This document shows, one piece after another, positions 1-11,900 of a DNA stretch of 64,000 bases. Under the pieces are notes generated by a model that was not told the origin of the DNA, ran no database searches, and saw only the letters and a program-made list of their open reading frames with translations. Every line of letters starts with the position of its first letter. The first letter of the stretch is position 1. Position numbers and translations under genes: made by a program. The stretch covers positions 248,001 through 312,000 of the forward strand of contig JAANOX010000098.1 in NCBI GenBank assembly GCA_020184695.1. Direction: 5' to 3'. The stretch is from Histomonas meleagridis 2922-C6/04-290x (lineage: Eukaryota; Protista; Parabasalia).

Positions 1-3000
1 TTGTATTTTATCTACTTGTGTTGATTGTAATGATAATTCAGTCATTGTTTTAGATATATTATCCATTGCTTCTTTAGCACGTTGTTCTTTTTCTTTGACT
101 TGTACTTGTTGTGATTCTGCTTCTATTGATAATTGATTTACTTTATTCGATACAGAATTTAATCTAAATAAACCATCACTTAAAAACTTTTTACGTGTTA
201 TTAATGATTCTGATTTATCTTTAGATAATTTAATAAATGAAGATATCATTAATTGAAAATCAGAAGTTTTCATTTCTAAGTTTTTATGGATTTTAGCAAA
301 TGGAAGTTTTGATATTGTTTCATCATTAATTTCATATTTATTTAATATAAATGGTATCATGTCATTTAATGTATTCTCTGTATATTCATTAACATATAAA
401 ATTGTACATTGTGACTTTAATAAAGGTTGAGATTTCAATGTAATTTGATATGTAGGTGATCTCGGATCAATTATAAAAACAATTTTGAAGTTATTTTGTA
501 TTAATTTTATGAATTCATCATATGAAATATCATTTAATTGTTGTAAAATAGCTTTTAATTCTTCTGGCGTATATAAATTAGAAGGTAAATGATTCGTTAA
601 AAATGAATTTATATATTCATAAAAATTATCATCAATAATTTGATATTCTTCAATACATAAAATAGTTAATTGATTTTGTATTGTAGCATTAGATAAACAT
701 TCTTTTAAATCATTAATAAAATGTCGAATTGAATAACCATCGAAAGTTGATAAATTATAAAATTTACTTTTCATTGCATAAGTTGTTAATTTTAATACAT
801 CTTTAACATTACAACCAGTGATAGCTATTAATAACAAATGATTATTCGGTAATGTTAAAGCTCTATTAATTTGTGATGAAAGTTTTATAATATTTGATTG
901 TATAAATATTTCAAGTGAACCAATTTCTCTTTCATAATTTATCAAAACAGAATTTAAATATTTCTTAATTGTAGAAATATCTGTTTTATATAATTTATTA
1001 TCATTTTGATTAAATGATGTATATACACCCATCTTACCTGAAATATATTTAGTTAAAATTTGATTAAATTCTTTTTGTAATTTACTTGAGTTTAATTGAT
1101 CACTAAATATTCGACATGCTTCATATAAAAGGATTTGATTTGGTTGATCATTAGAATATCTTTCTAAGCCAATTATCCATTTAGTTAAATCTTTTGGAGT
1201 GAAACCATTTCGTTGTAAAAATTGATCATAAATATTAACAATTGATTTCGATAATTCTAAACAAACATTTGGTGAAAATTCTTCGTTTTTACTTAATATT
1301 TGTGAGATATATTCATTATAAATAAATCGAAGATTTTCACTTGATAAATAATCAATTACTATAATTCTAAATTGTGATATTACTCGATTGGATATTGGTT
1401 GAATTGATTCATTCGGATTAATAGTTGCTACAATATTAATATTCTTTAATTCAACCCATTCTAAACTTTCATTCATAAATCCATTTAATTGACATAATTG
1501 TCGTATAAAACTATGTAATTCAACTGTATCGAATTTATCCGATTTAGGATTTTGTATATTTTTAAAGAATAATGTTAAGTTTTTATTAGTTTTAGGTTTC
1601 ATTATAATACCATTCGAACTTGGTGATACTGAACATAATTCATTTAACATCGAAATAACTTGTTTTGAAGTTGTTAATGAATTACAATATATTATTTCAA
1701 TATCATTTTGATAAAGTTTTTGTATTAATGTAGTTTTACCACAACCTTTAGGACCAATAATTAAAAGATTTTCATTTGTATATTTGATTGCTGATGTATA
1801 ATATTTCATTGATTCTGGCGTAATTACAAAAGGAGGTTTTAATGTATTAAATTCATTTTCTTTAAGTTTCTCATATTCAAATTGTTGAATTTTATCATTT
1901 ATATAATCATTTAATAAAACATTTTTATTTTGGAAATTAATTTTACATCCACAAACTTTACTTGCATGATTTATATAATCATATGCAAATTTCTCTTGTG
2001 ATGAAGTTGATAATAAAGAAGAACAAGAACGTGCTATACCTAAAATGAATGGTATAGGTTGAACTATGTTATTAACATGAGGTAAAATATTCCTAAGTAT
2101 TTGATAATCAGAGAAATTAAATACGAAATTTGTTGAATATTTTTTAATGATTTTAAATGCTAAAGGAATTAATGTATTAAATAATTTCTTAAATTCATTA
2201 CTTCTTTCAAATAAAATATTCGGAAATGTTAATTCGATATTAAAATCATCTTTGTTAACAAATAAGACGCCCATTCGAGAAACAGTTGCAGGAGAAGCGA
2301 ATTTTAATGAATTAGTTTCAAAGATAAATTTAACATTTTTGTCAAATTGAATTCGTTCACCTGTAGGTAATGTTAATAATCGATTATCATCTAAAACAGA
2401 ATTTAATGATTCGATCCAAACAGGATCTACATCACCATCACAAACTATGAAACCAATTTCATTCGATGGTAATCTTGAAGCAGCTCTTGCAGCTTTAATT
2501 AATGTACCATCAGTCCATTCTCTTGTATCGACGTCAATTGAACCCATTAAACTTTCGATAGGTATAGCTTTAGGTATTATATGCCAAATCGTAGTTTTCT
2601 TTCCATATTCAGTTAAAGCTTTAGCTAAAACTTCCCATAAAGTTGATTTACCACAACATGAAGGACCTACAATTACTACGCCAGTTCTATGTTGTATTAA
2701 TTGATATAACAAAGAAATTTTTGTAAGTTGATTTTCATTTTTATCATATTTTAATTTTTCTAATATGTTTAATATAATTGGTTTTAATTCATTGTCATTA
2801 TTTTGATTAATATTTTCATTAATTTGAAATGTGTCATTAACTATATCCATAAATAATCGTTTATCTTTATCATTAAGTTTCCCTAAAGTATCAAATAATA
2901 ATGCGCGTATAATAATTTGTTCTTCACTTTCATTATTCGTATTATTTAATAACCATTGTCCTGCCATATTTAATACTGTTTTTTGTGCTCTTAAACCCCA

Positions 3001-6000
3001 ATCATAATGTTTTTGTTTAGATAAAAGTTGATCAGATAAATTAAATATTGTAACAATTCGTTGAGCTAATTTTTCACTATCATGAAACCCTTCACTATAA
3101 AGCATTACTTGTGCTATTAATTGTTTATCTGGTGATGACATTGATATTGATCTAAAAAGTGCTTTCAAGTTATTTGGTAATTTAGAACGTCCTTGATAAC
3201 CTTTACTTGCAGGATTTAATGTAATAAATATTCCTGACTTCAAATTTAATGGAATATTTCGATTTAATAGACTTACTGAGTTTTGTTTCTTTAAAATTGC
3301 TGTTTGAATTGCTTGAATTTGTTGTGATACTGCAGAAAGTACTAATTCATCTAAACGATTAAATTCATCAAAACATCCCCATGCACCACATTGTATTAAA
3401 CCTATAAATATTCGACAAATAGATTTAATATCAATTCCATCTCCACAATTAAATACTAATACTTGTCGACCCATAGCTTGTCCTAAAGCTTTTACTGATT
3501 CTGTTTTACCTGTCCCTGCAGGCCCATAAGGATTACCAGCAAATCCTAAATGCATACCTTCACATAAAGTGGACCAACATAAATCAGTTAATGGTGTATG
3601 AACAAGTTTTTGAGAATTACCTTGATATTCATAACCATAATCGAATGTAGCGTCACACATTCTAATTATACATTTATCATCTTCATAATAATATTTAAAT
3701 CTACGAATCCATTCGAATGATGTTAATTCATTTATGTTCTTTTTCTTTAAATCTTTAATGATCGAATTATAATTAACTAAATCCATAATTAAACATTTAA
3801 TTAAATGCGTTTCACTTAAATCATTTGTTTCAACTTTAATTGTTGATTTATTATTTTCATCTATTTCTAATGGATTTGTTCTAAATTTGGATAATTTTAA
3901 TAATTTGTTTTGATAATTATTTAATAATTCATTTAATGAATTGTTTTTTATTGCATTTTCTGTATCTTTTGTAAATTTTATTCCTTTGCCTACTTGTACT
4001 ATTTGTGATGGATAATTTTTAGTGGTGAATTCTTCATTATTAACATAATCTTTTAATAATAATGTTAAAGTTTCTTGCATTTGATTACAAAGTTCATTTA
4101 ACCAATTTTCGACATTTTGATTTGCTAAAATTGGTTCTTTCAAAAATATCTTTTCATTTATTGCTGACATATATGCAACAATTTGGTTTTCTGTATTTAT
4201 ATCAATAGTTTGAATTCCTTGGAACAAATTCTTTAAATGCGTTTGTACAATTGAAGGATTCTCTTTAACTTTACCAAGAATTTCTAATAAATCATAATCA
4301 CCAATAAAATATAATCTTGGAAATCCTTGTCTTTTATTTTCCAGAAATGTAATTAAAGCTGATTGACAATTATCTAAACCATCCAAAATATTTTTTAATG
4401 TTGAAACTATTTCAAACTTATTTAATAATGATGTAACTTGTGGATCTTTCTTAATATCAAACATAATCCCTTTAAATTGTGAGTCAAGATTATTAAATTT
4501 TTCAATATGTGAAGGTAAAGCACCAGATGAAAATATTGGTGCTAAATGTAACCATTTACGTTGAATTTGATTAAGCAACAAAAGTGCCTCGTGTAAAGTA
4601 TCGAATTTTGACGTCCACAATTGAATTTCATTTTCAAAAGAGCTAGCGTACTGTAAAGTAGTCAATGATTGAATCGTCGATTGAATGTCGTTAATTTGAG
4701 TTAATAAATCTTTCCATTCTTTAATGATAGGAACACCTTGTTGTTCAGTTAAAATAAAATCACTATGCATATTCCATTCACGTATTTCTCTTAAAGCAGA
4801 TCTAATAGTAGCCTCACCTTTCGCTTTTTCATTTAATTGTTTAATTAATTGTACATTTTGATGTATTTGAGCTGAATAATTTAATATATTTTCTAATTTT
4901 AACTCATTAATTTTCATAGGCTTTGGATATTGTAATATAATACCTAATTCTTCCCAATTTTCAGATGTCCAATTATCACCTCTAACTAATATAATATCAG
5001 GATAATAATTAATTAAGTCATGAATCTTCTCTAATAAATATATTTGTATATCTGATTGTTCAACTTTTAATGTGTATTCATTCCAATTCTCTAAAAAGTC
5101 TTTTAAGTCATAGATATGTGTTCGATATGTTAACCATTCTTCTTTACCTATTTCTTCTAATTCCGTTTGCCATTTATCTAATAATAACCAAGTCGATTCA
5201 AATGATTTTAATGAATTTGTTATATCAATAATTTCTTGGAATTTTCTTTGGTTCTTAATACCAAATCCTTTTTCTTCTTCGAGAATTAATTCTTTCTCTT
5301 TCTCAAAGTCTTCTAAACCTATTCTTGTTTCTTTTACTATTTGTATTGCATGTTCAACTTCTTTTTGATTCTTAAAATCGACATTTTTTGGTTTTCTTTC
5401 TTCCCATTTTAATTTAAATTGACTTATTCGACGTTGGAAATCTTCTGCTTTTTGACTTGTTAAAGTTCGTAAAGTTTTAAGTTGTTGTTGAACAATTTTA
5501 CTTTGATCTGTTAATGTGCCTTTAAATATCATCCAATGACTTGAAATAGAATCGATTTGGAATTGTAATGATTGTCGAATTTGTGGGTCATGAATCATTA
5601 ATAAATTTGATTTATTATGTATTAATTTAAATGTCTTTTGGAATTCATTTATTTTGTTGTTTAATCCCATTATAGTTTCACGGACATTTTTAACTTCTTC
5701 ACTTGTTTGAACATTAGTTTGTATTAATGATAATGAATTATTTATGAAATCCATTACATTCGATATATCATTTTCTAATGATTTACGTAATAAATTACAT
5801 ATCGAGCGTTTATATTCATTAATTAATCGACGAAATGAACTTTTTATTAATACATATGAAACTGTAATATATTCGAATTTTTCTTGATCGGGAATTTGAT
5901 CTATTTCTGATTCATGTAAACTAATTGAGTTTAAATTTGTTAAGAATTGATTCGGTTCAGTAATTTTTTGTTGTAATAATTCATCAAAGTCATTAACTTG

Positions 6001-7854
6001 TCCTAAAATTAACCAATTTTTAAACTTAATTGTACAATTTGATATTTTATTTAATAAAAGTTCTGTTCGTTTATATAATTCTTCAATTGAAGTCAGATGA
6101 TATTTAACAATTGATGAAAATTGTGATTGGAATTCATTCGATTGGAATGAAATACCTCCGAAATGTGTTGGAATCGAAATTAATTTTGATATTTGTGAAT
6201 ATAATTGTTGTCTTAAAACAGATAATGAAGGCTCAAATATAATAATATGTGGTCTATTATAAGTTAAATTTATCGTTTTTTCTTGTACATCATTTTCCAT
6301 TGTTTGTAATGTTTGTTCAAATTGATAATCTAAAGCTTTATAAATTTGCGCGTTTAAATGTTTCACCCAATTCTTTAAATTAGTTTTACCATTTTTATAT
6401 AGTTCTGCTAATTTAGATTTAATATTTACAAGTGTTTCTTTCCATTTCTTTTCAGATGAGATCAAAGAACAATTAAAAAGTTCCGCAATATCAGAAATGA
6501 ATTTATGATGAATAGTAATTAATTGTTGATTATTATTATATAAATCATTTGCTGCTTTAAATACATTTGATATAAAACTTTCGACGTCAGCTTTCGATGA
6601 AAAATTAATTGAAGAAATTGATGAAAACGTTGATAAAAATGAATCAACATAAGGAATATTTAATGGTCGTAATGGTCTAATTATGGATAATATTGTAGTG
6701 TTATAATAATCTGAAGCTTGTTTTAATGAACAATAATATTGATATTGTTCTCTTAAGTTTCGGATTTTATTATCTAATTCATGTGGAACTTTATAATTAA
6801 GTGATAAATATCGTGAAAATTGATCAATTATGTTTTCTTTATCTTCCGGAAATTTGATTGTTAATATTTTCGTCTTTTGATCAATTTCATATGTAATTAA
6901 TGTTTCATCAAAATCAATTTTATTTATTAATGTCAATATGGATTTTGCCCATGAAATTATCATTTTTTCGATTGACTTTTCAAATTCTTCAACAAGTTCT
7001 TTATAAATTGTGTTTATTTGCTCAGTTTCTGGACATTTCCTCTTAAATGATTTTGAATACCGTAACTGATTTGTAAACCATTCAAGTGAATCAATGACTC
7101 CGTTTGGATCATCAACTTCAGTGTTAAAGCGTGAATGCATTTGTTTCTTTACGAGTTCTAAATATGATATAAATTGATTGTTTCGTTGTGTTTCATATTG
7201 TGACATAATTTTTGAAATTCCTTCAAATTGTCGTAAAAATGATAATGATGCTAGTTCATCTGCTAACCCATTTTGATTGTCTTTGATCTTTCTTAATGTT
7301 TCTGATATCGAATTTGAAACTGAATTTGACAATGATTCTAATGCGGGAATTATTGTATTTTGAAATTCATCCCAATTTGATTCATCACATGTAACATATT
7401 CTTCAATTGATTCGATTTTTGGAGGTAAATATGATTCTGTATATTGAGCACAATAAAAAAATGATTTTTGATAATTATCAAAAAATTCAAGTCGCTTTAA
7501 AATATGTTCTAATGAGGAAGATTTATATATGCCCTCGCTCCATTTTCTATTTTGATAATTTGGCCATAATTTAGATGTAAATTGTATTGTTTGATGAATC
7601 CATTTTTGTAATAATTTAGTGCATAATGTTAACATACGAGGCGAACCACTTAAATCAAATAAATCAAAACCTTGTAACTCATCTAGTAGAAAATTTTGAA
7701 GTTCTTTTGATATTAAATCTAATAAATGTATTATTTGTTCTTGTGAATATTGCGGACAACGTGTCCAAAGTCTATCTACTGCTTGAGAAGTAGCATCAAT
7801 AATACTAAATGCCTCAGCAAGTGATCCTATTGATGACTTATCAAGGCGACTCAT
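1..7854 (-). CDS. DYNC2H1: Cytoplasmic dynein 2 (IFT dynein) heavy chain, 5' part; runs off the window edge
   Basis: ATG at 7854 (MSRLDKSSIG...). In-frame AAA1 motifs AGNPYGPAGTGKTESVKALG (~3540-3481), GAWGCFDEFNRL, TLNPASKGYQGRSKLPNNLKALFR and HYDWGLRA; AAA2 GPSCCGKST (~2670); AAA3 GPKGCGKT (~1750). The NPAxKGYxGRxKLP motif is DHC2-type. Absent from the ORF track, which is consistent with no stop before position 1. Confidence 0.9.
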   Translation of the reverse strand, partial: MSRLDKSSIGSLAEAFSIIDATSQAVDRLWTRCPQYSQEQIIHLLDLISKELQNFLLDELQGFDLFDLSGSPRMLTLCTKLLQKWIHQTIQFTSKLWPNYQNRKWSEGIYKSSSLEHILKRLEFFDNYQKSFFYCAQYTESYLPPKIESIEEYVTCDESNWDEFQNTIIPALESLSNSVSNSISETLRKIKDNQNGLADELASLSFLRQFEGISKIMSQYETQRNNQFISYLELVKKQMHSRFNTEVDDPNGVIDSLEWFTNQLRYSKSFKRKCPETEQINTIYKELVEEFEKSIEKMIISWAKSILTLINKIDFDETLITYEIDQKTKILTIKFPEDKENIIDQFSRYLSLNYKVPHELDNKIRNLREQYQYYCSLKQASDYYNTTILSIIRPLRPLNIPYVDSFLSTFSSISSINFSSKADVESFISNVFKAANDLYNNNQQLITIHHKFISDIAELFNCSLISSEKKWKETLVNIKSKLAELYKNGKTNLKNWVKHLNAQIYKALDYQFEQTLQTMENDVQEKTINLTYNRPHIIIFEPSLSVLRQQLYSQISKLISIPTHFGGISFQSNEFQSQFSSIVKYHLTSIEELYKRTELLLNKISNCTIKFKNWLILGQVNDFDELLQQKITEPNQFLTNLNSISLHESEIDQIPDQEKFEYITVSYVLIKSSFRRLINEYKRSICNLLRKSLENDISNVMDFINNSLSLIQTNVQTSEEVKNVRETIMGLNNKINEFQKTFKLIHNKSNLLMIHDPQIRQSLQFQIDSISSHWMIFKGTLTDQSKIVQQQLKTLRTLTSQKAEDFQRRISQFKLKWEERKPKNVDFKNQKEVEHAIQIVKETRIGLEDFEKEKELILEEEKGFGIKNQRKFQEIIDITNSLKSFESTWLLLDKWQTELEEIGKEEWLTYRTHIYDLKDFLENWNEYTLKVEQSDIQIYLLEKIHDLINYYPDIILVRGDNWTSENWEELGIILQYPKPMKINELKLENILNYSAQIHQNVQLIKQLNEKAKGEATIRSALREIREWNMHSDFILTEQQGVPIIKEWKDLLTQINDIQSTIQSLTTLQYASSFENEIQLWTSKFDTLHEALLLLNQIQRKWLHLAPIFSSGALPSHIEKFNNLDSQFKGIMFDIKKDPQVTSLLNKFEIVSTLKNILDGLDNCQSALITFLENKRQGFPRLYFIGDYDLLEILGKVKENPSIVQTHLKNLFQGIQTIDINTENQIVAYMSAINEKIFLKEPILANQNVENWLNELCNQMQETLTLLLKDYVNNEEFTTKNYPSQIVQVGKGIKFTKDTENAIKNNSLNELLNNYQNKLLKLSKFRTNPLEIDENNKSTIKVETNDLSETHLIKCLIMDLVNYNSIIKDLKKKNINELTSFEWIRRFKYYYEDDKCIIRMCDATFDYGYEYQGNSQKLVHTPLTDLCWSTLCEGMHLGFAGNPYGPAGTGKTESVKALGQAMGRQVLVFNCGDGIDIKSICRIFIGLIQCGAWGCFDEFNRLDELVLSAVSQQIQAIQTAILKKQNSVSLLNRNIPLNLKSGIFITLNPASKGYQGRSKLPNNLKALFRSISMSSPDKQLIAQVMLYSEGFHDSEKLAQRIVTIFNLSDQLLSKQKHYDWGLRAQKTVLNMAGQWLLNNTNNESEEQIIIRALLFDTLGKLNDKDKRLFMDIVNDTFQINENINQNNDNELKPIILNILEKLKYDKNENQLTKISLLYQLIQHRTGVVIVGPSCCGKSTLWEVLAKALTEYGKKTTIWHIIPKAIPIESLMGSIDVDTREWTDGTLIKAARAASRLPSNEIGFIVCDGDVDPVWIESLNSVLDDNRLLTLPTGERIQFDKNVKFIFETNSLKFASPATVSRMGVLFVNKDDFNIELTFPNILFERSNEFKKLFNTLIPLAFKIIKKYSTNFVFNFSDYQILRNILPHVNNIVQPIPFILGIARSCSSLLSTSSQEKFAYDYINHASKVCGCKINFQNKNVLLNDYINDKIQQFEYEKLKENEFNTLKPPFVITPESMKYYTSAIKYTNENLLIIGPKGCGKTTLIQKLYQNDIEIIYCNSLTTSKQVISMLNELCSVSPSSNGIIMKPKTNKNLTLFFKNIQNPKSDKFDTVELHSFIRQLCQLNGFMNESLEWVELKNINIVATINPNESIQPISNRVISQFRIIVIDYLSSENLRFIYNEYISQILSKNEEFSPNVCLELSKSIVNIYDQFLQRNGFTPKDLTKWIIGLERYSNDQPNQILLYEACRIFSDQLNSSKLQKEFNQILTKYISGKMGVYTSFNQNDNKLYKTDISTIKKYLNSVLINYEREIGSLEIFIQSNIIKLSSQINRALTLPNNHLLLIAITGCNVKDVLKLTTYAMKSKFYNLSTFDGYSIRHFINDLKECLSNATIQNQLTILCIEEYQIIDDNFYEYINSFLTNHLPSNLYTPEELKAILQQLNDISYDEFIKLIQNNFKIVFIIDPRSPTYQITLKSQPLLKSQCTILYVNEYTENTLNDMIPFILNKYEINDETISKLPFAKIHKNLEMKTSDFQLMISSFIKLSKDKSESLITRKKFLSDGLFRLNSVSNKVNQLSIEAESQQVQVKEKEQRAKEAMDNISKTMTELSLQSTQVDKIQ

Positions 7855-8399
7855 TTGAAGATAAACCATTTCTATTTCAACAAGAATTTGCGACATTTGA
7901 TCCCTTTGGGATTTGTCTTGCGCTCTATCAACCATTATACACCAATTACGAAATTCCTTAAAAACCGAATCTGCTTTTTTCATCTGATGGAATTATTTAA
8001 CGAACACTATAACGTGCAAATCCACATTATAATAAACTATTCAATTTTCCTCATCATATGAAGTTGCAATTTTATGTTTAATTAAAGATATCTATAAATC
8101 TTTTTAAAAAGCAAAGAAATTTACACCAAATGTTTAGAAATATAGATTAATGCTCAATGTCATATGGTTCATTAAGATATTAATTCAATTTTTTAAATTT
8201 GCAAATGAAAAAAATTTATAAAGGAAAAACTTAAGTTAACAAAGTAAATGACCTTCGAGTTGAGCAAAAAGAAAAATACACAGAATCAATATTTTTTGAT
8301 TTAACTGGTGTAAGATTGAAGAAAGTTCTGCTTATCAAATAATATACATATACAAAAAGAATTTCTTTAAAGAGCGAATAACCATTAAATATAAATGAA

Positions 8400-8700
8400 T
8401 ATATTTCAATGCAGGAGGTAATAATTTCTCTTATTTAAATATTATTAAAATTATTTTTGGTTTAAAATTGAAATTTAGAAATTCATCAATTTATTCGAAA
8501 CAGCGCTTATAAGAGCATCTACATATGATTACACATAAGGATATTGTTATAAACATCCAAAATGTTTTTTAGATTTTATCAATTGATATTTCAAAATTCA
8601 ATTTGAATTTTATAAAATTCTGAAATGCACTTCATTTAGCAATTGTAAATAGTTATACTGAAATAGTTCATTGAGCTCACTTCAAGAAAAAGAGTAATGA
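8400..8700 (+). pseudogene. Decayed spacer-interrupted ankyrin remnant (locus E)
   Basis: TTA TTC GAA ACA GCG CTT ATA AGA GCA (F-E-T-A-L-I-R-A) at 8491-8520. Donor-like AAT GTT TTT TAG at 8561, then a 51-nt spacer, then TTC TGA AAT GCA CTT CAT TTA GCA ATT GTA AAT AGT TAT ACT GAA ATA GTT (N-A-L-H-L-A-I-V-N-S-Y-T-E-I-V). Internal stops and a deletion. Confidence 0.6.
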
Positions 8701-8914
8701 CTTTCCCTCTTATTAACTGTCATTTAATGATATGTTTCCTAAAAATTATTAATATAAAAGTATATTTTAGTATACAAATCTAAAATGCGAAAAAAGTTTC
8801 GACAAAATTCATTGAAATTTTTTCTGCCTTTAAAAAATAATTTGCTTATTACTATACAAAGAAAAACCACTTTTAACTTTCAACAATTTGTATTCAAAAA
8901 GATTTATTCATTAA

Positions 8915-11900
8915 TTAAAAATTGAAAAACTCTTGTGCGTCATTAAATTCTTCATTTTCATCATTAACTACCTCATTTTCCACTGCATTATCACTCAAAA
9001 TTACATCATCATTAGGATGATCAACATCGACGTCGGATTCATCTGACAGCATAAGATTACTAATTGGGATTGTCATGCTTGCTACGTCAGAGAATACGTC
9101 ATCTCTTTCCCTTATAAATTTCTCAGAAGTTTTTGTATTGTTTTGTTGCTGTGTGTGTTCCACTTCTTCGACTGGAATGAAATAATCTGCGAATATTCCA
9201 AGTTTACCAATGATATCGATATATTCTTCTTCTGTACAATTCTTCGGCATATTTTTATGGACAGAATTTTGTAACATATAAACTAATTGCATATTATTTT
9301 GTAATATCATTGGTAAGTTTGCGATTTGTAATGTATGTTTTTCATTGAAATGTTCGGAAAGTATATTAAAAATCTTTTGTAAAGGTTCTGGTAAATAATA
9401 CACAAAATCGATATGATGATTATTAATACAATTAATGAATTCGGTTAATGCTATTTCTGGATCATCAGAAGTTACACATTTCTCAAATGATTCATCACCA
9501 AGTGCTATACAATTTGATCTGAGGATATTAAATTCATATGATAATATTAATGGTCGATAATTATCTAAAACTTTCGAAAGATCTCTACAAAACATTGAGA
9601 ACAATTTCATCAAATTTTTGTCTTGGAATTTGTTAAATGGCTTTTGGATTGTGTTAAGTATAATATCATAAGTTGTACATAAATTTATAAATGTTTCAGG
9701 TTCATCATCTGTTTTATTATTAATGTTCTCTTTACAGATTTGTATTGCATAAGTCTTAAGTTTATTTAACATGTTTTTATATGATTCAAAACATGTTTCA
9801 TAAAATTCTCGATTTTTAATAATGAAAATTGTTGCGAATCTTAAAAATGTCGAATTATCTTCACTAGGATTAAATTCATTTAATCCTTTCACTAGAAATG
9901 GAACAATTTTCTTCGGAAGTACTGAAAACAAATCAGATTTAGTTAATATCGCAATAGTTAATTCGATTATATTATTATTATTTGATATTAAATTAGGTAA
10001 AATATATAAATCAATGATTTTCTCATAAACAATTTGAAATTCTTTTGGAATTATTAAGTTAAAACCATTTGGAATTGGTTTATAATATGATACAATATAT
10101 GTATTTGGTGAATTAGAAAACATTTCTTGGAAAATTGGGTTTTTAGATTTCAATTTATTACACATTGATAAATTAATTATTTGACAAAAGAAAGCCGAAA
10201 TTTCATTCGAATTATTTTTATAACATTGATTAAATATATCAAATATTACATCCAAATTTATATTTGTAATATCATTTCGAGCAAACTTTAATATTAAATA
10301 ATAACATAAATTAGCAATAATATATTTCTTTACATTAATTGTTGAATTACTTTTACTTAAAAATGAAAGAAAATCAAATGATTCTTTAGGTATTGGTTCA
10401 CCTACAATTAATGGATTTAAACATAATGATATTATTGATTCTAAAAATCTATCGAATATTTTCATATTATTTTGTTGTAATATTTGATGAATAATTTTAG
10501 GTAATATTCGTTGTGTAACTATAAGTGTATAATTGTCATTTTTCTCATATAAAATATCTTTCGATGCTGAAAACACGGGAGATGTCATTGCAATTAATAT
10601 TTGATCAATATCTTCTGATAAATAAATTGCTTTAAAGAATGTTTTATCATTTTCTCCAATTCGATCATTAGCTTGTTTAATATTAATTTTACAAAACTTC
10701 TTTAAATTGTTAAGTTTCCCATTAATTCGATATGTTAAATTCGATAAATTTTTAATCCATTGATATATTTGTTTATATGTAACATCTTTATTACCAAATT
10801 GTTTCTTTAAATCATCTGTCATTAAATCATTTAATAATAAATCAATAAGTTCTGTAATAGTTGATTTAATTTTAGTTTTATCATAATTAACATTTTGTCT
10901 TAATGGTAATTTATTAAATGAATTATATATTTTATTATATGATAATAATGTATCCATTGATAAATAAGATGTATATATTTCTTTTGCATCACATTTATCA
11001 ATTGCTTCAATAAATCTTAAAAATGATATATCACAAAATCCATAAGAAGACATTTTTTTTAATTCTTCAACATCATTAAATTTCTTTTGATAATTAAAAT
11101 CAATTAAAGCATTTTGATAATATTCTTTATTATTTTTAATGTATGGAAGTTGTTTAAATTTATTTTGTATAATATAAAAATCATATGTTGTATTATCAGT
11201 TTTTTTGATATCATTTATAAGTTTTTGATTAATAACATTCAATATTGAATTATGAAATTCTTTTTCATAGGAAATATTATTTGATTCTTCATGTCTAACA
11301 AAATTAATATTAAAAATAATTCCATCAAATTCATTTATTACTTTTGGTGCTTTATCATTATAAAAATTAAATTTATAAAATTCTTTAACAATTTCATAAT
11401 TTTCATTTGTATATAATATTTCATTCCATTCATTAAACTCTTTAAGTAATGGGAAGTAAGCAGGATTATATAATAATTTATAATTTACGTCTTTATATAA
11501 ATAAAAATTAGTTTCAATTGTTGGCTTTTCAAGTGTTACTTTGGTATAAAATAAATATGATGAAATACCTCGAATTAATCTTTGTAATGACATCATCATT
11601 ATAGTAAGATTAGTATTATATAATTTAGAATTATAAATTTTTATATAATTATTAACAAATTTTATAAGTTCAAGCCAACATTCACATGAAATATTATAAT
11701 AAATTTCTTGAAATTCAATTATTTCTGTCTTTGGTTGATTATAACTTATATGTATAATATCTGTAGTTAAAAATTCATTACAAACTTCTGCTACTTTATT
11801 AACGTTACATTTATTTAATTTATACTTAATACATTCTTTCCAATTATGACTAATTAATGTATTATTTTCATTTTGATTATAAAGAATTGTTGAAATTTCA

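Noticed and set aside
2147-2704. Short plus-strand ORFs inside the dynein gene (and similar 60-110 aa ORFs antisense to other genes)
   Set aside because: Antisense shadows of well-supported CDSs.
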